Below, in pieces: positions 37,378 to 46,214 of a DNA stretch of 64,000 nucleotides. The notes below the pieces were generated by a model, which worked only from the letters and a program-made list of their open reading frames with translations, was not told where the DNA came from and did no database searches. The position numbers and the translations under genes are program-made. This DNA is from Candidatus Aldehydirespiratoraceae bacterium (GTDB taxonomy: Bacteria; Actinomycetota; Acidimicrobiia; Acidimicrobiales; Aldehydirespiratoraceae). The DNA lies in NCBI GenBank assembly GCA_965203375.1, contig OZ241886.1, forward strand, positions 2,431,249 through 2,495,248. Reading direction: 5' to 3'. The stretch's first letter is position 1; each line of letters opens with the position of its first letter.

Positions 37378-37752
37378 TAAGCCGGGCGACATCGTGCTGC
37401 CGCAGAAGGCGGAAGCAGTAGCCGTGGATCGTGCCCACGAACAGGCCCCCGATCCGTGAGATGGCCACCTCGGTGCTTGACAGCGGCCAGTGCGTCGCCC
37501 TCCAGGGTTGGCACGTCCATCCGCTCATTGTGCCGGGAGGATGCTCTACCCGCCGCAGCCTCAAAGATTTTTCCGAACGGGCGTTGTGACTGTCACAGGG
37601 GTCTGATACATTGTCGCTACCGGTCGTGGAACCTCGCAGGCGGAATCGTCAGCGGGTTCCGGCGCTTCCCCGGACCGGTGAAATCGCCAGCGCAGGCCGG
37701 CCCCAGGACCGACCCGGCTCCTTCGGGAGTTGGGCTTGCGAGGAAGCGCAAC

Positions 37753-39090
37753 ATGTTCGAAGCATTCAAGACCTTCATCGACACACTGAACGGCTCCGAT
37801 GTGGGGGCCTTGGACCGGGCCGGGCTGGACGAAGCCGCCGGCTGGACCAAGCGGGCCCGCTCGGCCCTCGACGCCTACGAAGCCCGGCTGCTGACCGCCG
37901 CCAACCGGGCCTTCGACGGCGGCGCGGCCGGCGCCGAACTGATGCGAACCGCCGCCGGATGCTCCCAGCGCGAGGCCCGCCGCCGGGCCCGCCGAGCCGA
38001 AACCCTGGCCGACATGCCCGCCGTGGCCCAAGCCCTGTCGGATGGCGCCATCACCGCCGAACACGCCGACGCGTTGGTGAAGGCCGCCGAGGCCACCTCG
38101 ACAGCGGCGGTGGACGCCGACCCGTCCCTGCTGGCCAAGGCCGAGTCGCTGCCCGCCGATTTGGCCGCCCGAGAGGTCGCGGATTGGGCTCACCGCCGCC
38201 AATCCGAACAAGACCGCGAAGCCAAGCTCCGCCGCCAGCGGGCGCTGCGCAGCCACCGAACCTGGATCGACGCCGACGGCATGTTCAACACCAGAGGCCG
38301 CTTCGACCCCGTCACCGGCGCCAGCATCCGAGCCGTCATCGACGACACCGCCAACCGCCTCTACCGAACCGACGGAGGCCGAGACGGCGGCAACAAAATC
38401 CGCACCTGGGACCAGCGCAACGCCGACGCCCTAGCCGCCGCCCTAGGAGTGATCCCCACCCCCGTGACAGGACCCGCCGGCCGGGACAACCCGCAACCCG
38501 CCAGCCGAGATGAACACCAACTTGCCATCACGAACCGGCACGGCCCCAGCCTGCGCAACCAGATCCTCGTCATCGCCCACACCGACGCCATCACCGGCGC
38601 CGACCCCGACGCCCCCTGCGAAATCCCCGGAACCGGCCCCATACCCCGCTCTGAACTCGAACGGCTTGCCTGCGAGTCGGAATTGTTCGGAATCCTCTTC
38701 GACGGCCGCGGCCTGCCCCTATGGCACGGACGACGAACCCGAACCGTCACCCCCCAGCAATGGCGAACCCTGGTAGCCCGAGACCGCGGCTGCGTCCTCT
38801 GCGGCACCAACCCCTCCTACTGCCACGCCCACCACATCGTGCCATGGACCGCCCCCGCCGAAGGCCCCACCGACATCGACAACCTCGTGCTGGTCTGCAA
38901 CCGGCACCACCACCACATCCACCAACACCACCTCACCCTCACCCGCCACCCCGACGGCCACTGGACAACGGCCGACTCCAGCCACCGAAAACCCGCCCAC
39001 AGCAACCACCACAACAACGGCACGAGACCGGCTAGCCGCGACCACACTCCGGCAGCCAAGCCGCCAACCGGTATCAGAGCCGGACCATGA
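37753..39090 (+). CDS. DUF222 + HNH endonuclease (REP13E12-family-like)
   Basis: N-terminal DUF222-like region; C-terminal HNH (CVLCGTNPSYCHAHHIVPW...DNLVLVCNRHH). Confidence 0.8.
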   Translation: MFEAFKTFIDTLNGSDVGALDRAGLDEAAGWTKRARSALDAYEARLLTAANRAFDGGAAGAELMRTAAGCSQREARRRARRAETLADMPAVAQALSDGAITAEHADALVKAAEATSTAAVDADPSLLAKAESLPADLAAREVADWAHRRQSEQDREAKLRRQRALRSHRTWIDADGMFNTRGRFDPVTGASIRAVIDDTANRLYRTDGGRDGGNKIRTWDQRNADALAAALGVIPTPVTGPAGRDNPQPASRDEHQLAITNRHGPSLRNQILVIAHTDAITGADPDAPCEIPGTGPIPRSELERLACESELFGILFDGRGLPLWHGRRTRTVTPQQWRTLVARDRGCVLCGTNPSYCHAHHIVPWTAPAEGPTDIDNLVLVCNRHHHHIHQHHLTLTRHPDGHWTTADSSHRKPAHSNHHNNGTRPASRDHTPAAKPPTGIRAGP

Positions 39091-39127
39091 CCACCGAGGC
39101 CCCGGGGCCGGGTTTGGCAGCCGATCC

Positions 39128-39225
39128 GCCAGGCCGGGGGTGGCACGGGGGCAAGGTTTTTGCCGCCCCGCGGCGAAAACCGCGCCCGTGACAGGACCCG
39201 CCGGCCGGGACGAACGGCAACGACC
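39128..39225. repeat. ~110-bp dispersed repeat, copy A
   Basis: 5' box GCCAGGCCGGGGGTGGCACGGGGG, G(T)nGCCGC...GCGGC(A)nC hairpin, 3' box CCCGTGACAGGACCCGCCGGCCGGGACGA (also present inside the HNH gene at 38462-38490). Confidence 0.6.
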
Positions 39226-39302
39226 TACACGGAACAGCCGCCTCAGCCGGGACCAGCCCCCCGGCCGGAGCGGACAGCGGCCCGGCGGTTTAGTCTTGGC
39301 CC

Positions 39303-40265
39303 GTGAGCAGCAGCGTCGTCGCGGCTCCGGTGTGCGCCGATCCGGTGGCTTTGAACCTGTGGCATCCGGTGGCGGCGGTGACCGACACCGCCCCCGGCGT
39401 CGTGCATGAGACCCGGCTGCTCGAAGAGCCCCTGTCTTATGCGGTGACCGCCGGCGGCGAGGTCTGCGCCTGGCGGCCGGTCCCGCCGCTGGCGCCGGGC
39501 TCGCCGTTCGAGGCCGCCCCGGTGGCCGAGCCGCTTCCCGCCGTCACCCGGTACGGCTACCTCTGGGCCAGCTACGGCACACCGCCCGACAACCTCTTCG
39601 ACCTGCCCGAATTCCACGAACCCGACCGCCACAACGTCTGCGGCGCCACCATCGGAGTCCGCACCTCCGCCCCCCGGGCAGTGGAGAACTTCCTGGACAT
39701 GGGCCACTTCCCCTACGTCCACACCGGCTACCTCGGCATCGAGCCCCACACCGAGGTGGCCGACTACGACGTGAACCTGAGCCCCGACGGCTCACAGATC
39801 GTGGCCACCCGCTGCCAGTTCTTCCAGCCGATGGGCGCGGTCAACTCCTCCGGCGGAATGATGGTGGGCTACGTGTACCGGGTGCCCCACCCCTACTGCG
39901 CCATCCTCTACAAGTCAAACCCCCTCGACACCTCCCGCAGCGACGTCATAGCCCTCTTCTGCCAGCCAGTCGACGAAGTGACCATCCGGGCCCACATGCT
40001 GATGTCAATGCTCGACGACAGCGACCACCGGCTCATCAAATGGTTCCAATTGCTCATCTTCGGCCAAGACAAGCCCATCCTCGAAAACCAACACCCCCAA
40101 CGCCTGCCCCTGCACCCCCGAGCAGAAACACCAATCCGCGCCGACAAAATGGCCATCGCCTACCGGCGCTGGCTGACCGACATGGGCCTCGCCTACGGCG
40201 TCATCCCGGCCGAGGTGACAGGCAACGGGCACCGCGGCACCTGGCCGTTGCCGACCCGGAAGTGA
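39303..40265 (+). CDS. ring-hydroxylating-oxygenase alpha-subunit-like protein without recognisable Rieske ligands
   Basis: catalytic-domain-like ENFLDMGHFPYVHTGYLG; no CxH...CxxH in the N-terminal region. Confidence 0.5.
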   Translation: MSSSVVAAPVCADPVALNLWHPVAAVTDTAPGVVHETRLLEEPLSYAVTAGGEVCAWRPVPPLAPGSPFEAAPVAEPLPAVTRYGYLWASYGTPPDNLFDLPEFHEPDRHNVCGATIGVRTSAPRAVENFLDMGHFPYVHTGYLGIEPHTEVADYDVNLSPDGSQIVATRCQFFQPMGAVNSSGGMMVGYVYRVPHPYCAILYKSNPLDTSRSDVIALFCQPVDEVTIRAHMLMSMLDDSDHRLIKWFQLLIFGQDKPILENQHPQRLPLHPRAETPIRADKMAIAYRRWLTDMGLAYGVIPAEVTGNGHRGTWPLPTRK

Positions 40266-40282
40266 GACCCACAGCGAAAGCC

Positions 40283-41251
40283 GTGGTGAAACCCGCAACC
40301 GCGCCAGCCGCGGCCCCCACCCCGCTCGCCGGGGGGCCGGAGGTGGCCGTGGTGGGCAGCGCCAACCTGGATCTGGTGGTGGAGGTGGAGGCCGTCCCGG
40401 TGGCGGGCCAGACGGTGATGGGCGGCGACCTGGCCCGGATTCCCGGCGGCAAGGGGGCCAACCAGGCCGTGGCCGCGGCCCGGCTGGGCCGCCGGGTGGC
40501 CATGGTCGGGCGGGTCGGCGACGACGAGGCCGGGGCCATGCTGCGGGAGGCGCTGGCCGCCGCCGGGGTGGACGTCGCCTGCCTGCGGACTGCGCCCGGC
40601 GCCCCCAGCGGGGTGGCGCTCATCGCGGTGGCCGCCGACGGTGACAACGCCATAGTGGTCAGCCCCGGCGCCAACGGCCGGGTGGCCCGCGGCGACGTGA
40701 TCTCGGCCGGGTCGGTTCTGGCCCGGGCCAAGGTGACCCTGCTGCAGCTCGAGATCCCCCTCGACGCGGTGGCCGACGCGGCCTCGGCCTCGGCCGGGAC
40801 GGTGGTGCTGAACCCGGCCCCGGCCACTCCCCTGCCCGACGGCCTGCTCGAACGGGTGGACGTGCTGGTCCCCAACCAGACCGAGCTGGCCGCGCTGGTC
40901 GGCCACGACGGGCCGGTGGACGCCGAGGCGGCCGCCGCCCTGGCCCGCCAGCTCCCGACGGCCGCCGTGGTCGTCACCCTGGGGGCCGAGGGCGCGCTGG
41001 TGGTGGCCGACGGCGACGCCACCCTGGTGCCGGCGCCGCCGGTGACCCCCAAAGACACCACCGCAGCCGGCGACGCCTTCTGCGGCGCCTTGGCCGACGC
41101 GCTGGTGGACGGCGCCGATCTGGTGGAGGCAACCCGCTGGGCCGTGCGGGTGGGCGCGGCCGCCACTCTGCGCCCCGGCGCCCAGCCCTCGCTCCCCACC
41201 CGCCCCGAAGTAGACCGCCTACTAACAGAAGCCGCCAACGACCGTGCCTGA
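40283..41251 (+). CDS. rbsK: ribokinase (PfkB family)
   Basis: VAVVGSANLDLVV..., GGKGANQA, C-terminal DTTAAGDAF; GTG start just after previous stop. Confidence 0.8.
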   Translation: MVKPATAPAAAPTPLAGGPEVAVVGSANLDLVVEVEAVPVAGQTVMGGDLARIPGGKGANQAVAAARLGRRVAMVGRVGDDEAGAMLREALAAAGVDVACLRTAPGAPSGVALIAVAADGDNAIVVSPGANGRVARGDVISAGSVLARAKVTLLQLEIPLDAVADAASASAGTVVLNPAPATPLPDGLLERVDVLVPNQTELAALVGHDGPVDAEAAAALARQLPTAAVVVTLGAEGALVVADGDATLVPAPPVTPKDTTAAGDAFCGALADALVDGADLVEATRWAVRVGAAATLRPGAQPSLPTRPEVDRLLTEAANDRA

Positions 41252-41299
41252 ATGAGCTAAACCCGAGATGCGGCGGCAGAGGTGAGCGGTACGGGCTGC

Positions 41300-41743
41300 C
41301 TACTGTCGGTTCGGGTTGCGATCGAGCCAGATCTGGAGCGTTTCGGTGGTCCAAGTAGGCACGCCAGTACCCAGGTAGTCGTTGTCGTTGGTCCAGATAC
41401 CCGCCGACAGCACCAACGCGCAGGCGACCGCGGGCCAGTCGTCGGGGTCGCGCCGTGACCGGGCGAGAGCCTCGTCCTCGGCAGCGGCGTAGACGGCCTT
41501 GTCAATCACGGTGATGTTGGCTCGGACAGTCCCGAGGCAAATGGAGGTCAACTCTTCGACGATCTCGTATCGGAGCTGCCGAGCGCGCCCGAACGCTGCG
41601 GCCCGCCGGGGCAGTTCCACGGTTGTCTCAATCCACATCTGGTCAGGCAAGAACAATTCGAGCCGGTCATCCTCTAGACGTTGACGGCCCTTGACGCGAA
41701 GCAACTCGCCGACGAGCACGCTGGTGTCGACGACCAGTCGCAT
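41300..41743 (-). CDS. vapC: type II toxin VapC (PIN domain)
   Basis: MRLVVDTSVLVGELL N-terminus; ATG overlaps antitoxin stop (TGATG). Confidence 0.75.
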   Translation of the reverse strand: MRLVVDTSVLVGELLRVKGRQRLEDDRLELFLPDQMWIETTVELPRRAAAFGRARQLRYEIVEELTSICLGTVRANITVIDKAVYAAAEDEALARSRRDPDDWPAVACALVLSAGIWTNDNDYLGTGVPTWTTETLQIWLDRNPNRQ

Positions 41744-41985
41744 CAACACCAGCCGCGGGTTACCTCTTCGACCAACTCGTCTTCGTTGAGGCCGGTCCTG
41801 GCCAGGATGTCCTCGACCACATCGCCCAAACGCTCGAGAGCTTCCCGGCCAGCGCGTCGGTCTTTCGCCGAGATGGGGACGAAGAACCCGATGGGCTCGC
41901 CGCGGCGCTCTATGACAAGCATCTCTCCCGCGCTCATCATCCGCGTCGCCCCGTCTCTGAACTCTCTCACTCCGACGGTCCTCAT
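41743..41985 (-). CDS. Phd/YefM-family antitoxin
   Basis: MRTVGVREFRDGATRMM...; 80 aa; translationally coupled to vapC. Confidence 0.7.
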   Translation of the reverse strand: MRTVGVREFRDGATRMMSAGEMLVIERRGEPIGFFVPISAKDRRAGREALERLGDVVEDILARTGLNEDELVEEVTRGWC

Positions 41986-42072
41986 AGAACACTCCTCAAC
42001 GGTTGTGGTCACCAATGTAGCCACAACATGAATGTAACAGCGATGCCGGGTGATCCCGTTACTTGAATCCCA

Positions 42073-42185
42073 TGCGCCAGGCCGGGGGGTGGCACGGGGG
42101 TTAGCGTCGGCGCCGCTCGCGGCGACGACCGCCCCCGTGACAGGACCCGCCGGCCGGGACGATCCGCAACCGCCCGCGACGGACA
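42073..42185. repeat. ~110-bp dispersed repeat, copy B
   Basis: same 5' box, hairpin and 3' box as copy A. Confidence 0.6.
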
Positions 42186-42239
42186 ATCCCAGAAGTCGAA
42201 TCTCCGAGAGATCGGCGACCCGGCACCTAGGCTCAGACC

Positions 42240-43193
42240 ATGAGCGCTGGGTCTGGCGATCGGCCCCGGATGCTGCTCGACTGCGATCCGGGGCTCGACG
42301 ACGCCGTCGCCATCCTGACCGCCGCCCATTACGGCGACTTGGTGGGTATCACCACCGTCAGCGGGAACGTGGGGCTCGACCACACCACCCGCAACGCCCT
42401 GGCCGTCGCCGAACTCGCCGGACTCGACGTGCCGGTGCATCGGGGCGCGGCCCGGCCCCTGGTGGCCCCGGCCCAGGACGCGGCCCGCGTCCACGGACCC
42501 ACCGGGCTGGGCGACGCCGTCCTGCCCGAGCCCGTCCGGTCGGCCGGCCCCGGAAGTGCCGCCGACTTCATATCCGAGACGGCCCGGACGGTCGACGGCC
42601 TTCACCTGGTGGCGATCGGCCCGTTCACCAACGTGGCGCTGGCGCTGCGCAACGACCCCGACTTGGCCGGGCATCTGGACGGGATCACCGTCATGGGCGG
42701 GTCGGCCGCCGGCGGCAATGTCACCGCGGCCGCCGAGTTCAACGTCTGGGCCGACCCCGAGGCGGCCGCCATCGTCTTCGCCGACGCCGCCCCGACCACC
42801 CCGGTCACCATGGTCGGGCTCGACGCCACCGGCCAGGTGCTGTTCGGCCCGCCCGAGGCCGACCGGATGCGGGCTTCGGGCATCCCGGCGGCCGCCTTGG
42901 CCGCCGACTTGGTGGACTACGCCCACCGGCGGTGCCTGGAGGCCGGGCGCCCGGCCACCCCCCTGCACGACGCGGTGGCCGTCATCGCCGTCACCCATCG
43001 GGGCCTGTTCACCACATCGCGCCGCCCGGTGGAGGTGGAACTGCGGGGCGAGCACACCCGGGGCATGACCGTGGTGGACGACCGTCCCGGTGCCGAGGGC
43101 ACAGGAGCCTGCGACGTGGTGCGCGAAGTTCAAGCCGACCGGGTCAAAGAACTCATAATCGAGGCGGTGACCGCAGCGCCAGCCACCCCGTAG
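42240..43193 (+). CDS. nucleoside hydrolase (IUNH family)
   Basis: LLDCDPGLDDAVAIL aspartate cluster. Confidence 0.85.
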   Translation: MSAGSGDRPRMLLDCDPGLDDAVAILTAAHYGDLVGITTVSGNVGLDHTTRNALAVAELAGLDVPVHRGAARPLVAPAQDAARVHGPTGLGDAVLPEPVRSAGPGSAADFISETARTVDGLHLVAIGPFTNVALALRNDPDLAGHLDGITVMGGSAAGGNVTAAAEFNVWADPEAAAIVFADAAPTTPVTMVGLDATGQVLFGPPEADRMRASGIPAAALAADLVDYAHRRCLEAGRPATPLHDAVAVIAVTHRGLFTTSRRPVEVELRGEHTRGMTVVDDRPGAEGTGACDVVREVQADRVKELIIEAVTAAPATP

Positions 43194-43300
43194 AGGGCAA
43201 CCGGCTATGGCATCCGATGTGATCCCCGGCGCGAGCCCGCGTTAGAGATTGCCCGTGGCGAGCTTCCCTTCAGAGGCGGTTAACCCAGAACCGCTCTCAG

Positions 43301-43723
43301 TCAGAGCGAGTCGAGCCCCGAAGGGTCGATGCGGCGGCGGGCCCGCTTGGTCTCGGACCGGCGGCGCTTCCCGTCGAGCCGCCGCCGACGGGCCCGGCCG
43401 GACGGGCGAGTAGGCCGTCTCGGCTCGGCAGAGGCGAGGCCGTCCCGCAGCCGCTGCTCCAGCCGGTCAAGGGCAATGTCGCGGTTGCGGGCCTGCGAGC
43501 GGGTGTCGTCGACTGCCACCCGCAGGTCGGGGCCGTACTGCTCGACCAGTTTGCGGCGGGTCTCGGGCGACATGGACCCAGCCTCGCCCAAGTCGATCAC
43601 CGCCTCCGCCCTGGTGCTCGAGCGGTTGGCGTGCTGCCCGCCCGGCCCGCCGGAGGGGCTGAACCGCCAGGAGACCTCCGCGGCCGACACGCTCCCGCCC
43701 GAAAAAGTGAGCACGCGTTCCAC
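43301..43723 (-). CDS. arfB: alternative ribosome-rescue factor ArfB (peptidyl-tRNA hydrolase, GGQ)
   Basis: GPGGQHANRSST motif and basic C-terminal tail. Confidence 0.8.
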   Translation of the reverse strand: MERVLTFSGGSVSAAEVSWRFSPSGGPGGQHANRSSTRAEAVIDLGEAGSMSPETRRKLVEQYGPDLRVAVDDTRSQARNRDIALDRLEQRLRDGLASAEPRRPTRPSGRARRRRLDGKRRRSETKRARRRIDPSGLDSL

Positions 43724-43756
43724 CCACCCGAACCTACCGGTGCGCTCCGACCCCAG

Positions 43757-44203
43757 TCAGCGGGGGCGGTGGATTTCGGCTAGCCAGTTGTCGTCGATCT
43801 CGATTGGGCACAGCGACCAGCAGGCGCTCACCAGCCAGGCCACCACCTCGGCGGGGCCGGTGCCGGAGGCAACTTCGGCCACGATCCCCCGCTTGGCGTG
43901 GTCCTGCACCTTCCGCCAGCCCGTGGGCAGGTCCAGTCCGGCGTCCCGCAGCCGGTCCAGGGCTTTGGGCCCGGCCCCGTGGGCGACGCCGACCACGGCC
44001 GGCGACGGCTTCCGGCCCGCCCGGCCCCCGGCGGGCTCACCGGTCTTCACCGCCGGGGTCCAGGTGCCCATGGGCACGACCGGGCCCCGGCCCGAGAACC
44101 ACCGGCCCAGCGCGGACGGCGCCGGAAGCCGGTCGATCTGGTCGTCTCGCAGCCCCGGCCCCAGGTTGATCCAGCCCCGGCCCAGGGCCTCTAGTTCGAT
44201 CAT
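43757..44203 (-). CDS. hypothetical protein (doubtful)
   Basis: ORF with ordinary composition but no recognisable domain; the listed ORF upstream of 44203 overlaps the metY leader. Confidence 0.25.
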   Translation of the reverse strand: MIELEALGRGWINLGPGLRDDQIDRLPAPSALGRWFSGRGPVVPMGTWTPAVKTGEPAGGRAGRKPSPAVVGVAHGAGPKALDRLRDAGLDLPTGWRKVQDHAKRGIVAEVASGTGPAEVVAWLVSACWSLCPIEIDDNWLAEIHRPR

Positions 44204-44297
44204 GGCCGCCTCGACCGGCCCCGGCGACGCCGAGGTGAAGGCAACCGTCTCGGTCTCGAACGATCTCACCGCCGCCGACGGTACCCTCCGACCTGCT

Positions 44298-45593
44298 ATG
44301 GCCGACCGATCCTGGGGCTTCAGGACCAGGGCCCTGCACGCCGGCGCCCCGCCCGATCCCACCACCGGGGCCCGGGCCCTGCCCATCTACCAGTCGACCA
44401 GCTTCGTGTTCGAGGACACCGCCGACGCCGCCGACCTGTTCGCCCTCCAGAAGTACGGCACCATCTACACTCGCATCTCCAACCCCACCACCGCCGCCTT
44501 CGAGGAGCGCATGGCCAGCCTGGAGGGGGGCATCGGGGCGGTGGCCACGGCCAGCGGCCAGGCCGCCGAGTTCCTCACCGCCACCGCCCTGGCCTCGGCC
44601 GGCGACCACATGGTGGCCTCAGCCGGGCTCTACGGCGGCACCTACACCCAGTTCGACGTGACCCTGCGCCGCCTCGGCATCGACACCACCTTCGTGGACG
44701 GCACCGACCCGTGCGCCTTCGCCGCCGCGGTCCGGCCCGAGACCAAGCTGCTGTACACCGAGATAATCGCCAACCCGTCGGGGGCCATCGCCGACGTGGA
44801 GGCCCTGGCCGAGGTGGCCCGGGCCCACAAGCTCCCCCTGGCCGTCGACTCCACCTTCGCCACCCCGTATCTGTGCCGGCCCCTCGATCACGGGGCCGAC
44901 ATCGCCCTGCACTCGGCCACCAAGTTCCTGGGCGGCCACGGCACTTCCATCGCCGGGGTGATCGCCGAGGCGGGCCGGTTCGACTGGGCGTCGGGCCGGT
45001 TCCCGGAGTTCACCGAGCCGATACCGAGCTACAACGGCCTGCGGTGGTGGGGCAACTTCGGCGAGTACGCCTTCTGCACCAAGGTGAGGGCCGAGCAGCT
45101 GCGGGACGTGGGGGCCTGCCTGTCGCCGTTCAACGCCTTTCTGCTCATGCAGGGGCTGGAGACGCTGGCGCTGCGCATGGACGCCCACGTGGCCAACGCC
45201 CGGGCTGTAGCCGAGTGGCTCGACGCCGACCCCAGGGTGACCTGGGTGAAGTGGGCCGGACTGGAGGACCACCCCCACCACGAGCTGGCCCGCCGCTATC
45301 TGCCCAAGGGTCCGGGGGCCGTCTTCACCTTCGGGGTGAGGGGCGGGCGGGCGGCCGGGGCGCGCTTCATCGAGTCGCTGCAGCTCATCTCTCATTTGGC
45401 CAACGTGGGCGACGCCAAGTCGCTGGTGATCCACCCGGCCTCCACCACCCATCAGCAGCTCTCCGACGACGAGCTGGCCGCGGCCGGGGTGGGCGAGGAC
45501 ATGGTGCGCATCTCAGTCGGGCTGGAGGACATCGACGACATCCTGTGGGACCTCGACCAGGCACTGACCGCCGCCGCGGCCGACCGAGGCTGA
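44298..45593 (+). CDS. metY: O-acetylhomoserine aminocarboxypropyltransferase (PLP-dependent)
   Basis: Cys/Met-metabolism PLP enzyme motifs incl. PLP-lysine context HSATKFLGGH; first ~320 codons of the long ORF rejected. Confidence 0.85.
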   Translation: MADRSWGFRTRALHAGAPPDPTTGARALPIYQSTSFVFEDTADAADLFALQKYGTIYTRISNPTTAAFEERMASLEGGIGAVATASGQAAEFLTATALASAGDHMVASAGLYGGTYTQFDVTLRRLGIDTTFVDGTDPCAFAAAVRPETKLLYTEIIANPSGAIADVEALAEVARAHKLPLAVDSTFATPYLCRPLDHGADIALHSATKFLGGHGTSIAGVIAEAGRFDWASGRFPEFTEPIPSYNGLRWWGNFGEYAFCTKVRAEQLRDVGACLSPFNAFLLMQGLETLALRMDAHVANARAVAEWLDADPRVTWVKWAGLEDHPHHELARRYLPKGPGAVFTFGVRGGRAAGARFIESLQLISHLANVGDAKSLVIHPASTTHQQLSDDELAAAGVGEDMVRISVGLEDIDDILWDLDQALTAAAADRG

Positions 45594-45668
45594 CCGTGGC
45601 TGACCAGCCCAGACGCCGGGCCGTGGCTGAGACCCGAAACAAGGCCGGAACCGCCCCGAGAGCAAACC

Positions 45669-46199
45669 ATGGCTGACCGCACCGACGAACTGCGCCCCGA
45701 GGAGGCCGAGGCCGTCGAGGGCTGGGCGCCGCCCACCGCCCAGCAGCGGCGGGCGATCCTGCGGCGGTCGAAGTCGGTGGCCATGGTGGGGGCGTCGTCG
45801 AACCCGGCCCGGGCCAGCAACTTCGTGGCCACCTACCTGCTGTCGTCCTCCACCGACTACGACGTGTACTTCGTCAACCCCCGGGAGAGCGAGATCTACG
45901 GCCGGCCGGTGTACGACTCCCTGGAGGACCTGCCGGTGACGCCCGACATCGTCGACGTGTTCCGCCGCTCCGAGGACCTGCCCGAGGCGGCCGACGCCGC
46001 CATCGCGGCCGGGGCCCGCACTTTCTGGGCCCAGCTCGGCCTGTGGAGCCCCGAGGCCGTCCGCCGGTGCGCAGCCGCCGGCCTGGACGTGGTGATGAAC
46101 CGCTGCCTGAAGATCGAGCACGCCCGCTTCGCCGGCGGGCTGAACCTGGCCGGCTTCGACACCGGAGTCATCACCTCCCGCCGCTTCGCCCGCCTCTGA
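45669..46199 (+). CDS. CoA-binding domain protein (YccU-like)
   Basis: VAMVGASSNPARASNFV Rossmann-like CoA-binding pattern. Confidence 0.65.
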   Translation: MADRTDELRPEEAEAVEGWAPPTAQQRRAILRRSKSVAMVGASSNPARASNFVATYLLSSSTDYDVYFVNPRESEIYGRPVYDSLEDLPVTPDIVDVFRRSEDLPEAADAAIAAGARTFWAQLGLWSPEAVRRCAAAGLDVVMNRCLKIEHARFAGGLNLAGFDTGVITSRRFARL

Positions 46200-46214
46200 C
46201 CGCGCCATGACGCA

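Noticed and set aside
40040-40282. 5' extension of the ribokinase ORF overlapping the oxygenase-like gene
   Set aside because: PfkB ribokinases start just before the V.VVGS.N.D motif. GTG at 40283 follows the upstream stop.
42050-42239. N-terminal extension of the nucleoside hydrolase ORF
   Set aside because: It is the translated dispersed repeat B. The enzyme's DXDXXXDD motif follows ATG 42240 directly.
43329-44297. First ~320 codons of ORF 43329..45593 (upstream of metY)
   Set aside because: Ser/Arg/Pro-rich, antisense to arfB. The MetY homology begins at MADRSWGFRTRALHAG (44298).
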